Virus record (IMG/VR): IMGVR_UViG_3300005077_000003
Coordinates: 1 to 64,000 of that record
DNA length: 64,000 nt
Origin: a virus
Reading direction: 5' to 3' (one strand)
How positions within the stretch are numbered: position 1 is the first letter of the stretch; the number at the start of each line of letters is the position of its first letter. Of this stretch, positions 19,859 through 29,403 are shown one piece after another. The translations under genes were made by a program, and so were the position numbers. Under the pieces are notes generated by a model. That model saw nothing but the letters and a program-made list of their open reading frames with translations, did no database searches and was not told the DNA's origin.

Positions 19859-20090
19859 TTTTTAAAACCTTTGGTATATTTTCTATTGGAAATTCTCTCT
19901 TTTCTTTATTGCCATCTTCTATTATTAATGACTTAAATTTAGTTGTTGTTCCTACAAACCAACAGTTGCAACTTCCATTTTTAAATGCGTCTGGTCATAA
20001 TTCTTTAATAGTAAGCGAGCGCTCTAGTTTATATATGAATTCTTGTTATTTTTGTATAAGTTCTTTTATTTCTTGAAGCTTATTATTCAT
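19842..20090 (-). pseudogene. 82-codon frame with two in-frame stops
   Basis: MNNKLQEIKELIQK*QEFIYKLERSLTIKEL*PDAFKNG...NEHKN*; fills the gap between neighbours. Confidence 0.55.
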
Positions 20091-20105
20091 TATACTAAAT
20101 ATATT

Positions 20106-20345
20106 TTATTTATCTTTAGTTTCTTTAGAATTCTGTGTATCAAGAGATCCACTAGCTTCCGACGCAGCTTTCCTAAAAATGTCCTCAGCCTTTTTAGTAT
20201 ATTCTATACTATCAGCAATTCTACTTTCTTTTGTATTAGTATCTTCCTCAGAAAGAGTTAACAGTAAACTATTTACTGCCCTGGTTAACCACGCCAGCCC
20301 ATCAAATATAGCTATTACATTCTGGTCTTCTCTTGGTTGTGCCAT
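20106..20345 (-). CDS. Hypothetical protein
   Basis: ORF track. Confidence 0.55.
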   Translation of the reverse strand: MAQPREDQNVIAIFDGLAWLTRAVNSLLLTLSEEDTNTKESRIADSIEYTKKAEDIFRKAASEASGSLDTQNSKETKDK

Positions 20346-20347
20346 AT

Positions 20348-20758
20348 CTATTTTTCTACACTTTCTCCTACTGTCCTCATAATAGATGCTAATGATTTCA
20401 TGTTATTAATACATGACTTCATAGTATTAACTTCTGATTCAAGTGAAGTTATTTTCTCATTAAGGCTTTGTATTTGTTCCCTGTAATAGTTTTCAGCAGT
20501 ATTGCGCGCATGGTTTACCATACCTATTACTGCAGGTATATCAAATAGTATTGGCTTATGCACATCTCTTCCCAGAAAATAGGTATTTGCAGTTTGGAAT
20601 GATACAAAATCAATATTATTATATTTACTTTGATATGAAGCTGCAATATGTTGACTAGCAACAATCATTATTGCTTCATTATCACCCGCACCTCTAAGTA
20701 AAGCAGTTGTACTACCAACTTGTCTTGGAATATTATTTATCCAGTCTAATTTATCCAT
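20348..20758 (-). CDS. Hypothetical protein with degenerate P-loop-like N-terminus and coiled coil
   Basis: RQVGSTT; LFDIP; heptad C-terminus. Confidence 0.5.
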   Translation of the reverse strand: MDKLDWINNIPRQVGSTTALLRGAGDNEAIMIVASQHIAASYQSKYNNIDFVSFQTANTYFLGRDVHKPILFDIPAVIGMVNHARNTAENYYREQIQSLNEKITSLESEVNTMKSCINNMKSLASIMRTVGESVEK

Positions 20759-20906
20759 ATATAATGCACTTATGGTTAGTCCGCTCCTAATTTTTTTTCA
20801 GCCTTTACCAAAAAACTTATGTTTAAACCTTATCTCTTTTGTTTTACAGTCCACTCTAGGAATCCACCCTTTACTAAGTAGGCATTTTATATCTTTAGAG
20901 TTCATA

Positions 20907-21545
20907 TTACCAAATAGTTATATTGCTGGAATCTACGTAATCACCGCCACTATTTAGTAGGGACTTAGCTATAGCTAAATCATTTTTGATTATCTCGGTA
21001 GCAGAGGGATTTCTCAAAGCATAAGCTGGGTGGTAGCAGGCAACATATGGTATAAGTAAATTGCCTATTTTAATTGATCCTATTTTGCCCCTCTCTTGTC
21101 CTATACGGAGACTTGGATCCCAAGTACCCTTAATAGCCATTAGGCCATATTTCCCAACAGCGACGATTACAGAGGGTTCTACGAGCCTAATTTGCTCACG
21201 CAACCAAGGAGTGCAATTATTAAACTCTTCTTCGGTAGGATCTCTATTCTCTGGAGGCCTACAGCGGAGACAATTAGCTAAATATACTTCATTTCTAGTA
21301 ACACCAAGCTCACTACCAATTAATTGCATTAGTAGTTTTCCGGCTTTACCAGTAAATGGCTCTCCGTCTTTCCACTCGTTCTCCCCAGGAGCTTCGGCGC
21401 AAAGGAGATATTTTGGGCGTGCTGGTCCACAACCAAATACTGGTCTAGGATTGTCTTTTCTAATTTCGCATAGCTCACATTGTGAACATGCTAATTTTAG
21501 ATTGTCAAGAGTATGACATCCTAATGCTTTGTGTGCTTCGCTCAT
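20907..21545 (-). CDS. Uracil-DNA glycosylase family 4
   Basis: CSQCELC, AEAPGENE...GEPFTGKAG, YLANCLRCRPP, CTPWL, YHPAYALR. Confidence 0.93.
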   Translation of the reverse strand: MSEAHKALGCHTLDNLKLACSQCELCEIRKDNPRPVFGCGPARPKYLLCAEAPGENEWKDGEPFTGKAGKLLMQLIGSELGVTRNEVYLANCLRCRPPENRDPTEEEFNNCTPWLREQIRLVEPSVIVAVGKYGLMAIKGTWDPSLRIGQERGKIGSIKIGNLLIPYVACYHPAYALRNPSATEIIKNDLAIAKSLLNSGGDYVDSSNITIW

Positions 21546-22042
21546 TTCTTATTATTTGTTATAGCAAACAAATCTTTTAATAGTAATTGCTTGCCTATAT
21601 CAGGAACTGCCTGCCATTCAGAGTAATTTTTTTTAATACTATCAACTCCGGCGTCTGAATTTGTAAATATGCAAGGATTACATATAGTATCATTAGAAGT
21701 ACATAATGTAAACATATAATACTCTGCATCTATAGTTTCATCTTCCTTCTTAAGAGAATCTGGGAAAAATGATACAAAATACATTATTAACAAAGACATA
21801 AAATAGTCTGTATTTGTAACTAAATCAAATTCATCAATATGTGGTTCAAATATATCATATACTTCTTTTGGGATATAGTATTCAAGAAAAATCTCAGGTA
21901 CCTTCGTTATAACAAAAATAGGCACCCTATCTTCTTGAGGTGCCTTATATACTTCTAGTGGTAAAATGTGGCCACTATCTAAAAGAAGATGGGGGTCACA
22001 CATATTTTTAGATGTTAAGAAAGAAGAACAAGATCTAGGCAT
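21542..22042 (-). CDS. Hypothetical protein
   Basis: ORF track; overlapping neighbours. Confidence 0.55.
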   Translation of the reverse strand: MPRSCSSFLTSKNMCDPHLLLDSGHILPLEVYKAPQEDRVPIFVITKVPEIFLEYYIPKEVYDIFEPHIDEFDLVTNTDYFMSLLIMYFVSFFPDSLKKEDETIDAEYYMFTLCTSNDTICNPCIFTNSDAGVDSIKKNYSEWQAVPDIGKQLLLKDLFAITNNKK

Positions 22043-22298
22043 CTGGTATTTTACCTGTTTTCAGAAATTCTATTTCGTCAGTGCTTAGCTCTCTTATTAT
22101 TAGCTGCTCATTATTTACTTGTAAAGCAGCATATAGTGGTTTGCATTTGTACGAATATATTTTATATATAATATACCCCCATTTGTCAGAATTTTCATAT
22201 TCTTCATTTAGACATTCCCACGTTTCTGGTTCAATACCTGGTCTTTGGGCTGCCCAAAATGAAAGTACTATATTAGGCGGTAATTTTTCATCTTCCAT
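22035..22298 (-). CDS. Hypothetical protein
   Basis: ORF track. Confidence 0.55.
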   Translation of the reverse strand: MEDEKLPPNIVLSFWAAQRPGIEPETWECLNEEYENSDKWGYIIYKIYSYKCKPLYAALQVNNEQLIIRELSTDEIEFLKTGKIPDA

Positions 22299-22488
22299 TT
22301 GAAACTTCTTTTTTACAATACGTTTTAACTAAAAATATTGATGCTTCTTCAGCAGTTTTGAATTCTGGTTTTTTATTAAGCCATTCTTCGCAGTGTTTGT
22401 CACACAAGCCTACTTTTGAGTAAAATATGATTGTGGATGGCTTTTTACATTGTTCCCACCCACAACTATCTAAATCATATTCGCTCAT
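22288..22488 (-). CDS. Small Cys-rich protein
   Basis: CGWEQC...LCDKHC. Confidence 0.55.
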   Translation of the reverse strand: MSEYDLDSCGWEQCKKPSTIIFYSKVGLCDKHCEEWLNKKPEFKTAEEASIFLVKTYCKKEVSNGR

Positions 22489-22832
22489 CTTTTTAAATAT
22501 ACAAAGATTAGTCTATCATCTATGCGAATGCAATTAATATATTTTAAATCTTTCCCAAGTTCTCCATAGATTTCTTGACCATCAGTAGCAAATATTAAAG
22601 TTATTTCTTTTACATCATTACTACTACCATCATGGATTGTTACTAGCGTAACATGATCTTTAAGATGAATTGTATGTCTATCTGCAATTATTAGTGGATA
22701 AATTACATCAGCAACATCAATTAAGTCTGATGCTACCAGTATATTTTTTGAAATAACTTCCCCCTCATTTGGAAAGTCTATTTTCTGATGATAATAAAAT
22801 GTTTTTACAACCATACTCCATCCTTGTTGCAA
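22485..22832 (-). CDS. Hypothetical protein
   Basis: ORF track. Confidence 0.5.
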   Translation of the reverse strand: MQQGWSMVVKTFYYHQKIDFPNEGEVISKNILVASDLIDVADVIYPLIIADRHTIHLKDHVTLVTIHDGSSNDVKEITLIFATDGQEIYGELGKDLKYINCIRIDDRLIFVYLKR

Positions 22833-23386
22833 ATATATTCAACTAACATTTTTTCTGATACTGGTTTCATATTCCAAGCATCCACGCCTATATGTATTCT
22901 TTTGCGCTCTGACTCCTCTGATTTAATGTTACTGTGAACATGACCATGTATATGTATGCTACCATGTGCTTTTTTATTCCAGCTTAAAAGTGGATAGTGG
23001 CACATTATAAGAGGATATTCTTTATTATTTATGGTGATAATGTCTTCATGTATATCACTTTGTATAGTGATATTACTTTTAAATAAATAATCTGGTTGAT
23101 TATTTAACATCCATGACCAAAAATTTTTGTCATGGTTACCTGGTAATATGCGTATATTACCACATAACTGTGATAATATATTAATAGCTAGTGAAAAGGG
23201 TTTATTCCCTTTCCCTAGCATAAACATATCACCTAATACATAAACAATATCATCATTATATACTATACTGTTCCAGTTTTCTATTAAATTATCATGCATC
23301 TCTCTAGTAGAACTAAACTTTCTACTAGCATATTTAATTATATTAGCATGATAAAAATGCGCATCTGATGTGTAAAACTTTTGCAT
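22805..23386 (-). CDS. Calcineurin-like metallophosphoesterase
   Basis: TSDAHFYH, LGDM, GNHD, HYP, HGHVH. Confidence 0.9.
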   Translation of the reverse strand: MQKFYTSDAHFYHANIIKYASRKFSSTREMHDNLIENWNSIVYNDDIVYVLGDMFMLGKGNKPFSLAINILSQLCGNIRILPGNHDKNFWSWMLNNQPDYLFKSNITIQSDIHEDIITINNKEYPLIMCHYPLLSWNKKAHGSIHIHGHVHSNIKSEESERKRIHIGVDAWNMKPVSEKMLVEYICNKDGVWL

Positions 23387-23871
23387 TAAAATTCATCACA
23401 TAATGAAACAGGATCATAGTCTATAAGGCAATAATAATTGCCAATTATTCCTATGTTTCTTGTACATATATCATATGTTTCAAATTCTGTCTTGTTTTGA
23501 ATTTCAAGACAGATTTCTTCTATAATAGCTTTAGGAACACGCTGTACTAATTCAGCTCTTTCAGTAACATATCCCCAAATTCTTTTTTTCTCAAATGGCC
23601 ATTCTGCGCAAAAAATATCCTCTACTGGCGCTATTACTGATAGCGAGAATTTACTGCCTACTTTAGGAGCTATAAGGTTTGTTATCTTAGGTATTCTTCT
23701 TTGTAGGTCATATGATATATCTCTTACTGTTTTGTCTGGATATAACTTTGCTCCTACTTTTTTAGATAATGGTATGAAAAAGCAATTGCAGCCCATAAGC
23801 AGGTTTTTAGGAGGATTTAGTAATACCTGCTTAACTCGGGCTTCTTGTGTCTTATTCCACCTCAAATTCAT
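23386..23871 (-). CDS. Small protein-kinase-like protein
   Basis: VGAKLY (VAxK-like), YDICTRNIG (catalytic loop-like), LIDYD (DFG-like). Confidence 0.55.
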   Translation of the reverse strand: MNLRWNKTQEARVKQVLLNPPKNLLMGCNCFFIPLSKKVGAKLYPDKTVRDISYDLQRRIPKITNLIAPKVGSKFSLSVIAPVEDIFCAEWPFEKKRIWGYVTERAELVQRVPKAIIEEICLEIQNKTEFETYDICTRNIGIIGNYYCLIDYDPVSLCDEF

Positions 23872-24098
23872 ATCTTATATATATTACCTTTTTTGTCAAC
23901 CCATTTATAGTTTTTTAGTAATAGATGTCTAGTAGAATATACTTTCCCATATTGAGTATCTTGTACAACTATTACTTCTGCTTTCTTTTTCCCTTTGCTT
24001 ATTAGTTTAACTTTCATAGTTTCAAGAGTTCGTCTTTTACTGAGCTTGTTATATTTTTCGCAGTTTTCAATCCTGCTTTGTGAACAATTTTCTTCCAT
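23868..24098 (-). CDS. Hypothetical protein (true start probably internal)
   Basis: ORF track; overlaps upstream ORF. Confidence 0.45.
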   Translation of the reverse strand: MEENCSQSRIENCEKYNKLSKRRTLETMKVKLISKGKKKAEVIVVQDTQYGKVYSTRHLLLKNYKWVDKKGNIYKI

Positions 24099-24397
24099 AC
24101 ACTACAACCATTCTCAGCTAATTGTACTGTTTTACAAGATTTTTTTACTTCCCCTTTAGCGGCCGCTAGTAAAATTATTCCTTCTGCAGAATTAATATCT
24201 ATATTGTTTTTTGTAATTTTTTTGTATGATGGTGCTTCGTTTAAAACTACATCATATTCAACTACTAATGGATTAGTAACTTGTCTTGCGTCAGATACTC
24301 CACAAACATTATCAGAGGAGTCCGCTTCCCATTCTACCCCGGGTAAAGTTAAAAGCATTATTAGTAAAGTTGCTAAAATCAAAATACAAATTTTCAT
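24014..24397 (-). CDS. Hypothetical protein with N-terminal signal/TM segment
   Basis: MKICILILATLLIMLL. Confidence 0.5.
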   Translation of the reverse strand: MKICILILATLLIMLLTLPGVEWEADSSDNVCGVSDARQVTNPLVVEYDVVLNEAPSYKKITKNNIDINSAEGIILLAAAKGEVKKSCKTVQLAENGCSVWKKIVHKAGLKTAKNITSSVKDELLKL

Positions 24398-24550
24398 TAC
24401 TTTTGAGGTTTCTTTTTCTGTGGTTCTCCATGTATATTAAATACTTCACCACAGACAGTACATGATACCTTACCATTAGACGCAAAATCTTTGAGAGGAT
24501 TACATACTCTCATTAGATATCCATATCTTTTATCTTGGTATGGATGAGGC

Positions 24551-25204
24551 TTACAAGTAGGATGTTTTGCTATCATTCAAATATTTCCTAGTAGCGTCCT
24601 GTACATATCCAAGGTTTTCACTAATAATTTGACATACTCTACTCTCTGTCAAATTATATTTTTCTCCTATAGTTTTCATGGTAACTTCTTCAACAAAATA
24701 TGCATAAAGAATTTCGCTATTTCTTTTAGTCAATACCTTATCCTTACCAAAAAATATAGATTTTGCCAAGTCTTCAGTATCTATATAGTCACTAAATGGT
24801 ATCTCATTCAAAGATACATTTAATATATAAGAAAATATATCATCAATATTTTCTATAGCACTACAAGTATCACTTAAGCAATACTGGCTTGGTATAGCCT
24901 CACCAGACTTTGATAGCTTATGAAACATTGTTTTAGGTAGCCATGATGATGATCTTATATAGTCTACCAGTCTAAATCCACATATCATCCTTATCCAGGC
25001 TTCTAGTGGAATTTTATTTTCTTCATTATATCTTCTAATGGCTTCTAATAAAGCAGTATATAATTCCTGACATAAATCGTCTTTATCCATATATGCAGGA
25101 ATCATTTTCTTACTGGCATATGAATTAACTGTTTTAACTACTATATGCCAATATTTTTCTATATCTTCATTAGTTAATGGCGCTTGCTCTTTCAGGCTTT
25201 TCAT
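24551..25204 (-). CDS. RNA polymerase sigma factor, sigma-70 family (FliA/WhiG-like)
   Basis: DDLCQELYTALLEAIRRYN, LVDYIRS..WLPK (region 2); TMKTIGEKYNLTESRVCQI (region 4 HTH). Confidence 0.88.
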   Translation of the reverse strand: MKSLKEQAPLTNEDIEKYWHIVVKTVNSYASKKMIPAYMDKDDLCQELYTALLEAIRRYNEENKIPLEAWIRMICGFRLVDYIRSSSWLPKTMFHKLSKSGEAIPSQYCLSDTCSAIENIDDIFSYILNVSLNEIPFSDYIDTEDLAKSIFFGKDKVLTKRNSEILYAYFVEEVTMKTIGEKYNLTESRVCQIISENLGYVQDATRKYLNDSKTSYL

Positions 25205-25284
25205 AAATATATTTTGAGTTTTAAGTACTATATGAACAGTAAAAAATATGTTAACAATATATTTGTTTTACATATGATTTTATG

Positions 25285-25773
25285 CTATTTACTCATTAGT
25301 TCACCATCAAGTGATACAAGAGTATTTACAATAGAGCTAAATGCTGTATCGGCAAATTCTTTTCTTGTAATGCCTTTATGTAGATCTTTTGCAATAAATA
25401 AGTCATTATCTAGACTTTTAATCGCAGCTCTAATCGCTACCAATGCATCAAAATTAGACGAAGAACTTTTACCAATGCAACATGCATTTGTTCTAATCAT
25501 TCCATTATATACGTCATTAAGGCGTGAAATAATGGAGTTTCTAGCGTTTTCTTTAATGTACTGGTCGCCATGGTTTTTATCCCATGGGATAGTATCCATA
25601 GAACCATTACTATTGCGTTTAGCAATAAGTTTTAGCTTTCCTGGTCTTTTTACGCTTGCAAGAGCAGCATAAATATTCCCATCATCATCCACGCCAATAC
25701 CTACGCTAACTCCATAGTCTCGTCGGTGGTGGAATTTTACGTTTTCTTTTGTAAAAAAGTGCGTTTTATTCAT
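25285..25773 (-). CDS. Hypothetical protein
   Basis: ORF track. Confidence 0.55.
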   Translation of the reverse strand: MNKTHFFTKENVKFHHRRDYGVSVGIGVDDDGNIYAALASVKRPGKLKLIAKRNSNGSMDTIPWDKNHGDQYIKENARNSIISRLNDVYNGMIRTNACCIGKSSSSNFDALVAIRAAIKSLDNDLFIAKDLHKGITRKEFADTAFSSIVNTLVSLDGELMSK

Positions 25774-25800
25774 TGCTAAGCCCTTTTTTGTAAGTTATTT

Positions 25801-25840
25801 AACAAAGGTAGCCTATATACAATATATAGGCTACCTTGTT
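25801..25840. terminator. Long intergenic hairpin
   Basis: GGTAGCCTATATA-CAA-TATATAGGCTACC with outer AACAA/TTGTT. Confidence 0.6.
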
Positions 25841-25870
25841 AGTCAACTAAACTAGAAAAATTTATTTTTC

Positions 25871-26587
25871 TCAGATATAGTTATATGTAACAGTAAACTG
25901 GCAGCTGCCATCTGCTTCTCCGTAGCAACTCCCATAAGGATCAACTCCCACAGGGGCCATCCAATAATCTATGTCAGCAGCACTATCTTGTGAGTTAACG
26001 TAAATTTCCCAGTTACCAGTAGAACCAATAAAGTTTGACCAATAACCACAAGAGCTGTCATATGATTTATTACCAGTAAATGGATTGGCAACACCATTAT
26101 GCACTAGTATTGTCCTCCCAGAAGATCCACCGTAGTCTTTAGTGCCATCATATGGAACTCTAAGAGTTACATCGTAATCATCATAGTCTGATTGATTTGC
26201 AAATATTCCAGAACAGCCACTCCATGGCAGCAGAACTGCTGATTCAGAGAACCCAAAATCACAGTAAGCATGTGCTACGTCTGATGATCCACTAGTTGGG
26301 TGAGTAGCCTCAATTGCAAAATATCTATCTTGTTCACTTACCCATGCAATGTTTACATCAATAAGTACTTTTCCCGCATGTTCTGGAGCGGTACCAAATT
26401 TGGGAATTAATAGCGATCCGCTCATTGGGTAGCTTACATTGTAAACATACGTGAGTGTACCTCTACTAGGAGTAGTTAATGTATTTGTACTAGAACTTGC
26501 TACAGCAGTATCGCATGATGTTGGTAGAACCGCAACTGCGAACACAGCAAAAAAGAAACTCAAAACAATCATAAAATTCTTCAGCAT
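25871..26587 (-). CDS. Secreted/lipoprotein with YDG..DY.G.SG motif (paralogue 1)
   Basis: Signal peptide ending PTSC; VPYDGTKDYGGSSG. Confidence 0.65.
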   Translation of the reverse strand: MLKNFMIVLSFFFAVFAVAVLPTSCDTAVASSSTNTLTTPSRGTLTYVYNVSYPMSGSLLIPKFGTAPEHAGKVLIDVNIAWVSEQDRYFAIEATHPTSGSSDVAHAYCDFGFSESAVLLPWSGCSGIFANQSDYDDYDVTLRVPYDGTKDYGGSSGRTILVHNGVANPFTGNKSYDSSCGYWSNFIGSTGNWEIYVNSQDSAADIDYWMAPVGVDPYGSCYGEADGSCQFTVTYNYI

Positions 26588-26919
26588 GATTTTTTATCGT
26601 TATCTAATCCTTTTTTTAAATTAAACCATTTTATTAAATGGCGCAAAGTTATAGGGCCATGATAAACATGGCCCTCTCCAAATTGTTTATGTAACTTAAT
26701 ATGACAATTGTTGCATAACTTAACAGTTTTGCGTCTAATTGACTTTAACTTTCTATTTGAAATACTTGGGTATAATGCTAGAATATATTCATTTGATAAA
26801 GCTTTAGGAACTATATGGTGATAGCTAAAACCTCGTCTTCCTTGTTTCCCGCACCCTCTACAATAGGGGAAACTCTTAGCAGAGCTACGTCTACGGCGCC
26901 TTTTGCGCTTACGTGACAT
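26581..26919 (-). CDS. HNH endonuclease
   Basis: CRGCG...HHIVP...LCNNCHIKLH; Arg-rich N-terminus. Confidence 0.8.
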   Translation of the reverse strand: MSRKRKRRRRRSSAKSFPYCRGCGKQGRRGFSYHHIVPKALSNEYILALYPSISNRKLKSIRRKTVKLCNNCHIKLHKQFGEGHVYHGPITLRHLIKWFNLKKGLDNDKKSC

Positions 26920-26935
26920 ATTATAATAAATATAT

Positions 26936-27010
26936 TGGTGCTCCTACTACGATTCGAACGTAGAACAAGGGATTAGAAGTCCCTTGTGATATCCTTTTCA
27001 CCATAGGAGC
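26936..27010 (-). tRNA. tRNA-Arg(UCU)
   Basis: GCTCCTA acceptor, AGGGA-CT TCT AA-TCCCT anticodon arm, GTTCGAATC T loop, encoded CCA. Confidence 0.92.
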
Positions 27011-27018
27011 ATAAACTA

Positions 27019-27231
27019 TTAATTAATATATTCTATTTTTACTTTAGCAGTCCAACGGTGTTCACAATTAAGACAGTAGCAATCTACTCCTAATACGTTG
27101 CCTATTGCTTCTGTATCACCTTCATCTATATCATAGTCATCGTAGAATGTTCTAGTTAATTTCCCGCATTTAGGGCATACTACCTCTTCTGGAAGCCCAA
27201 GTAAATAGCATAGATTAATATTATTTCCCAT
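27019..27231 (-). CDS. Zn-ribbon small protein
   Basis: CPKCG and CLNC. Confidence 0.6.
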   Translation of the reverse strand: MGNNINLCYLLGLPEEVVCPKCGKLTRTFYDDYDIDEGDTEAIGNVLGVDCYCLNCEHRWTAKVKIEYIN

Positions 27232-27233
27232 TT

Positions 27234-27596
27234 CTATATTTCTATCCCGGCTAATTTATGTAATACTTTATTTGGATTTATTTCTTCTTCTTTATTCGAG
27301 AGCCATTCAAACAGCTTTTTATTTTGAATATAGTTGTCTTCTTTTTTAAAATACATTGCTAATTCTATATCACTTGGTAACTCACATACTTCTTCTGCAC
27401 ATGAAACTGTACCATATGGAGCACCAGTATCATAATGATATTCCCTATCAAGAAATTGGTCGCCGAACTTTGTTCTGATACCAATAAAAGAAGAATCGTT
27501 TTTGCTGAAGACACCTAATCTTATATTCCTGCCAAGTATTACATATACATGTCTATCCTGGCATTGTTCTAATGAAATATTATTTAGCCTCTTCAT
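27234..27596 (-). CDS. Hypothetical protein
   Basis: ORF track. Confidence 0.55.
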   Translation of the reverse strand: MKRLNNISLEQCQDRHVYVILGRNIRLGVFSKNDSSFIGIRTKFGDQFLDREYHYDTGAPYGTVSCAEEVCELPSDIELAMYFKKEDNYIQNKKLFEWLSNKEEEINPNKVLHKLAGIEI

Positions 27597-27876
27597 TTCT
27601 CATTCTAATTAATTCTAATTTCTGTTTTAAGTCTTCTAATGCAAATAAATATGCATCAATTGCTTTGTAATTAAATAACATTTGTGCTATAGAACTAGCG
27701 TCAGTATCTGGATCAGTAGTTTTCATAGTAACCATGAAAGTTTTGCCATTGCCATCTTCGGGATAGCCAAATACAAGATAATTATCTTGTGTATCTAAAT
27801 CTTTGCTTTGTACCAAAGTAAGATCCATATTGCTGGCTTCTTCTTCAGCTTTTTTTCTACGCTTTTCTATGCTCAT
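27580..27876 (-). CDS. Hypothetical protein
   Basis: ORF track. Confidence 0.55.
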   Translation of the reverse strand: MSIEKRRKKAEEEASNMDLTLVQSKDLDTQDNYLVFGYPEDGNGKTFMVTMKTTDPDTDASSIAQMLFNYKAIDAYLFALEDLKQKLELIRMRNEEAK

Positions 27877-27879
27877 AGT

Positions 27880-28137
27880 TTAGTATTCATCTCTTTCGCG
27901 TATTTCGTATTTCATAACTCTGTCCCAAAACACGTACGAGATATTCCCGTTTTCTCTTAAATATAAAATATTATCTCTCCATGAATCAATAAAACCATGA
28001 TTACATGCGTTTAACCACTCATCAGTATAATACATTACTATATACTTGTCTCTTGAGTTTCTTACGTCACTTGGGACATTTTTATTAGAGCACCCGACAA
28101 ATATAATAGTTGAAAGTATAAAGAGTAGTTTGTTCAT
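27880..28137 (-). CDS. Putative lipoprotein
   Basis: Signal peptide with FVGC lipobox. Confidence 0.55.
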   Translation of the reverse strand: MNKLLFILSTIIFVGCSNKNVPSDVRNSRDKYIVMYYTDEWLNACNHGFIDSWRDNILYLRENGNISYVFWDRVMKYEIRERDEY

Positions 28138-28151
28138 GATAAAAATCTATT

Positions 28152-28529
28152 TCATAGGTATGTAATAATTAAGCCATTACTAAGGTTTCCGCCATAACCA
28201 AAAGCAGGAGTTCTATACATATATTGTACAGATAGTACTGGGAAATTACTATTTAGCGGCCCATTATATTCTGCATGCCCAAATTCATTTGTTAAAGCAG
28301 TATGAGTATGTTGTACATTTCCCCAACTGCAGCACAGTTTATTATTATAGAAAGGAACTGGTTCTCCAAGTGGAGGGTTCCAAATAAATAGGCCAAATTC
28401 ATTTGGCGTTGCATTATCTACAGTTAAATGGACTACATCATTATCATGAGTAGCCGTAAGAATAGCACCTGGTGTTGACTGATCACAACCAGGAGTAATT
28501 GATAGAATTGTTAATAGAATCGAAATCAT
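28152..28529 (-). CDS. Secreted beta-rich protein
   Basis: Signal peptide; LTVDNATPNEFGLFIW...VPFYNNKLC. Confidence 0.55.
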   Translation of the reverse strand: MISILLTILSITPGCDQSTPGAILTATHDNDVVHLTVDNATPNEFGLFIWNPPLGEPVPFYNNKLCCSWGNVQHTHTALTNEFGHAEYNGPLNSNFPVLSVQYMYRTPAFGYGGNLSNGLIITYL

Positions 28530-28530
28530 A

Positions 28531-28932
28531 TTATTTCCTTATATTTTGTTTGCCCCATTCTTCTAAGAGGCCCATAACGAATTTACATTCTTCCATAACT
28601 TCTTGACCTTTCCAAGAATTACCTTCAGAAGATTCCCAGCAATCCATTTCTGTATGGCCATCATCTTCTAGTAGGTGTTCATGCATAGTTTCTAAAACAT
28701 ATTGTATGATACTATTACGTAAAGCAACATTATGTTTTGTATCTTCTTCTTCTTCTTTTATCGTTTTCAGCAGTTTAATTGCTAATACAGCAGCTCCATC
28801 TTCACGTTTATGATATACATATGTCCCATCATCTACATGGTAAATATGTTCCCCATTATCAGCTGGTCCTTTGTTTACAGCTGAACGTGCCATAACTGGC
28901 TGACCATTAATTAGAATTGCTACTGAAATCAT
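28531..28932 (-). CDS. Hypothetical protein
   Basis: ORF track. Confidence 0.55.
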   Translation of the reverse strand: MISVAILINGQPVMARSAVNKGPADNGEHIYHVDDGTYVYHKREDGAAVLAIKLLKTIKEEEEDTKHNVALRNSIIQYVLETMHEHLLEDDGHTEMDCWESSEGNSWKGQEVMEECKFVMGLLEEWGKQNIRK

Positions 28933-29138
28933 GTAATTTTTTCTACTCGTACAGATGGATATTTCTCTTTTAACCTTTTACAACATTCTTCGCATACAGT
29001 TGATTGTAAACCTAAACTACCAAAGAAATATAATGCTGGTTTATTGCATGTTTTAACTACAGGATCTTTACCAACTACATCAATAGATATAGTTGCTTCA
29101 CATTTATATTTACACATTTTTATCTGTCTGATCCTCAT
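28929..29138 (-). CDS. Small Cys-rich protein
   Basis: ORF track; CNKP...VCEECC. Confidence 0.5.
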   Translation of the reverse strand: MRIRQIKMCKYKCEATISIDVVGKDPVVKTCNKPALYFFGSLGLQSTVCEECCKRLKEKYPSVRVEKIT

Positions 29139-29403
29139 CCTTGTGGGGGTTCAGTGCTGCACGAGCGGCTATTGGCGCGTCGTTGATCTCTGCATAGTCT
29201 TTGATTGAGATGTATCTCAAGCCAGGCATTAGGGTCTCGTAGACGGTCAGCATTCGATGCAACGCGGCCTCCAGCGCGGCGATGCGCAGTTGAAGCCCTG
29301 CGATCTCGTCGCCATCCATCATGAAGATGGATGGTAGCGCGCACTGGTCGCAGTCCTTCGGCTCCGGGAACTGCGGCATCTTGCGTATGTTCGGCTCCAT
29401 CAC
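29110..29403 (-). CDS. Hypothetical protein (island)
   Basis: Overlap-coupled with neighbours. Confidence 0.55.
   Translation of the reverse strand: MMEPNIRKMPQFPEPKDCDQCALPSIFMMDGDEIAGLQLRIAALEAALHRMLTVYETLMPGLRYISIKDYAEINDAPIAARAALNPHKDEDQTDKNV

Noticed and set aside
19842-20090. Genome-wide stop-codon reassignment
   Set aside because: Long genes are intact in code 11 and both TAA and TGA end genes normally; the stops are local
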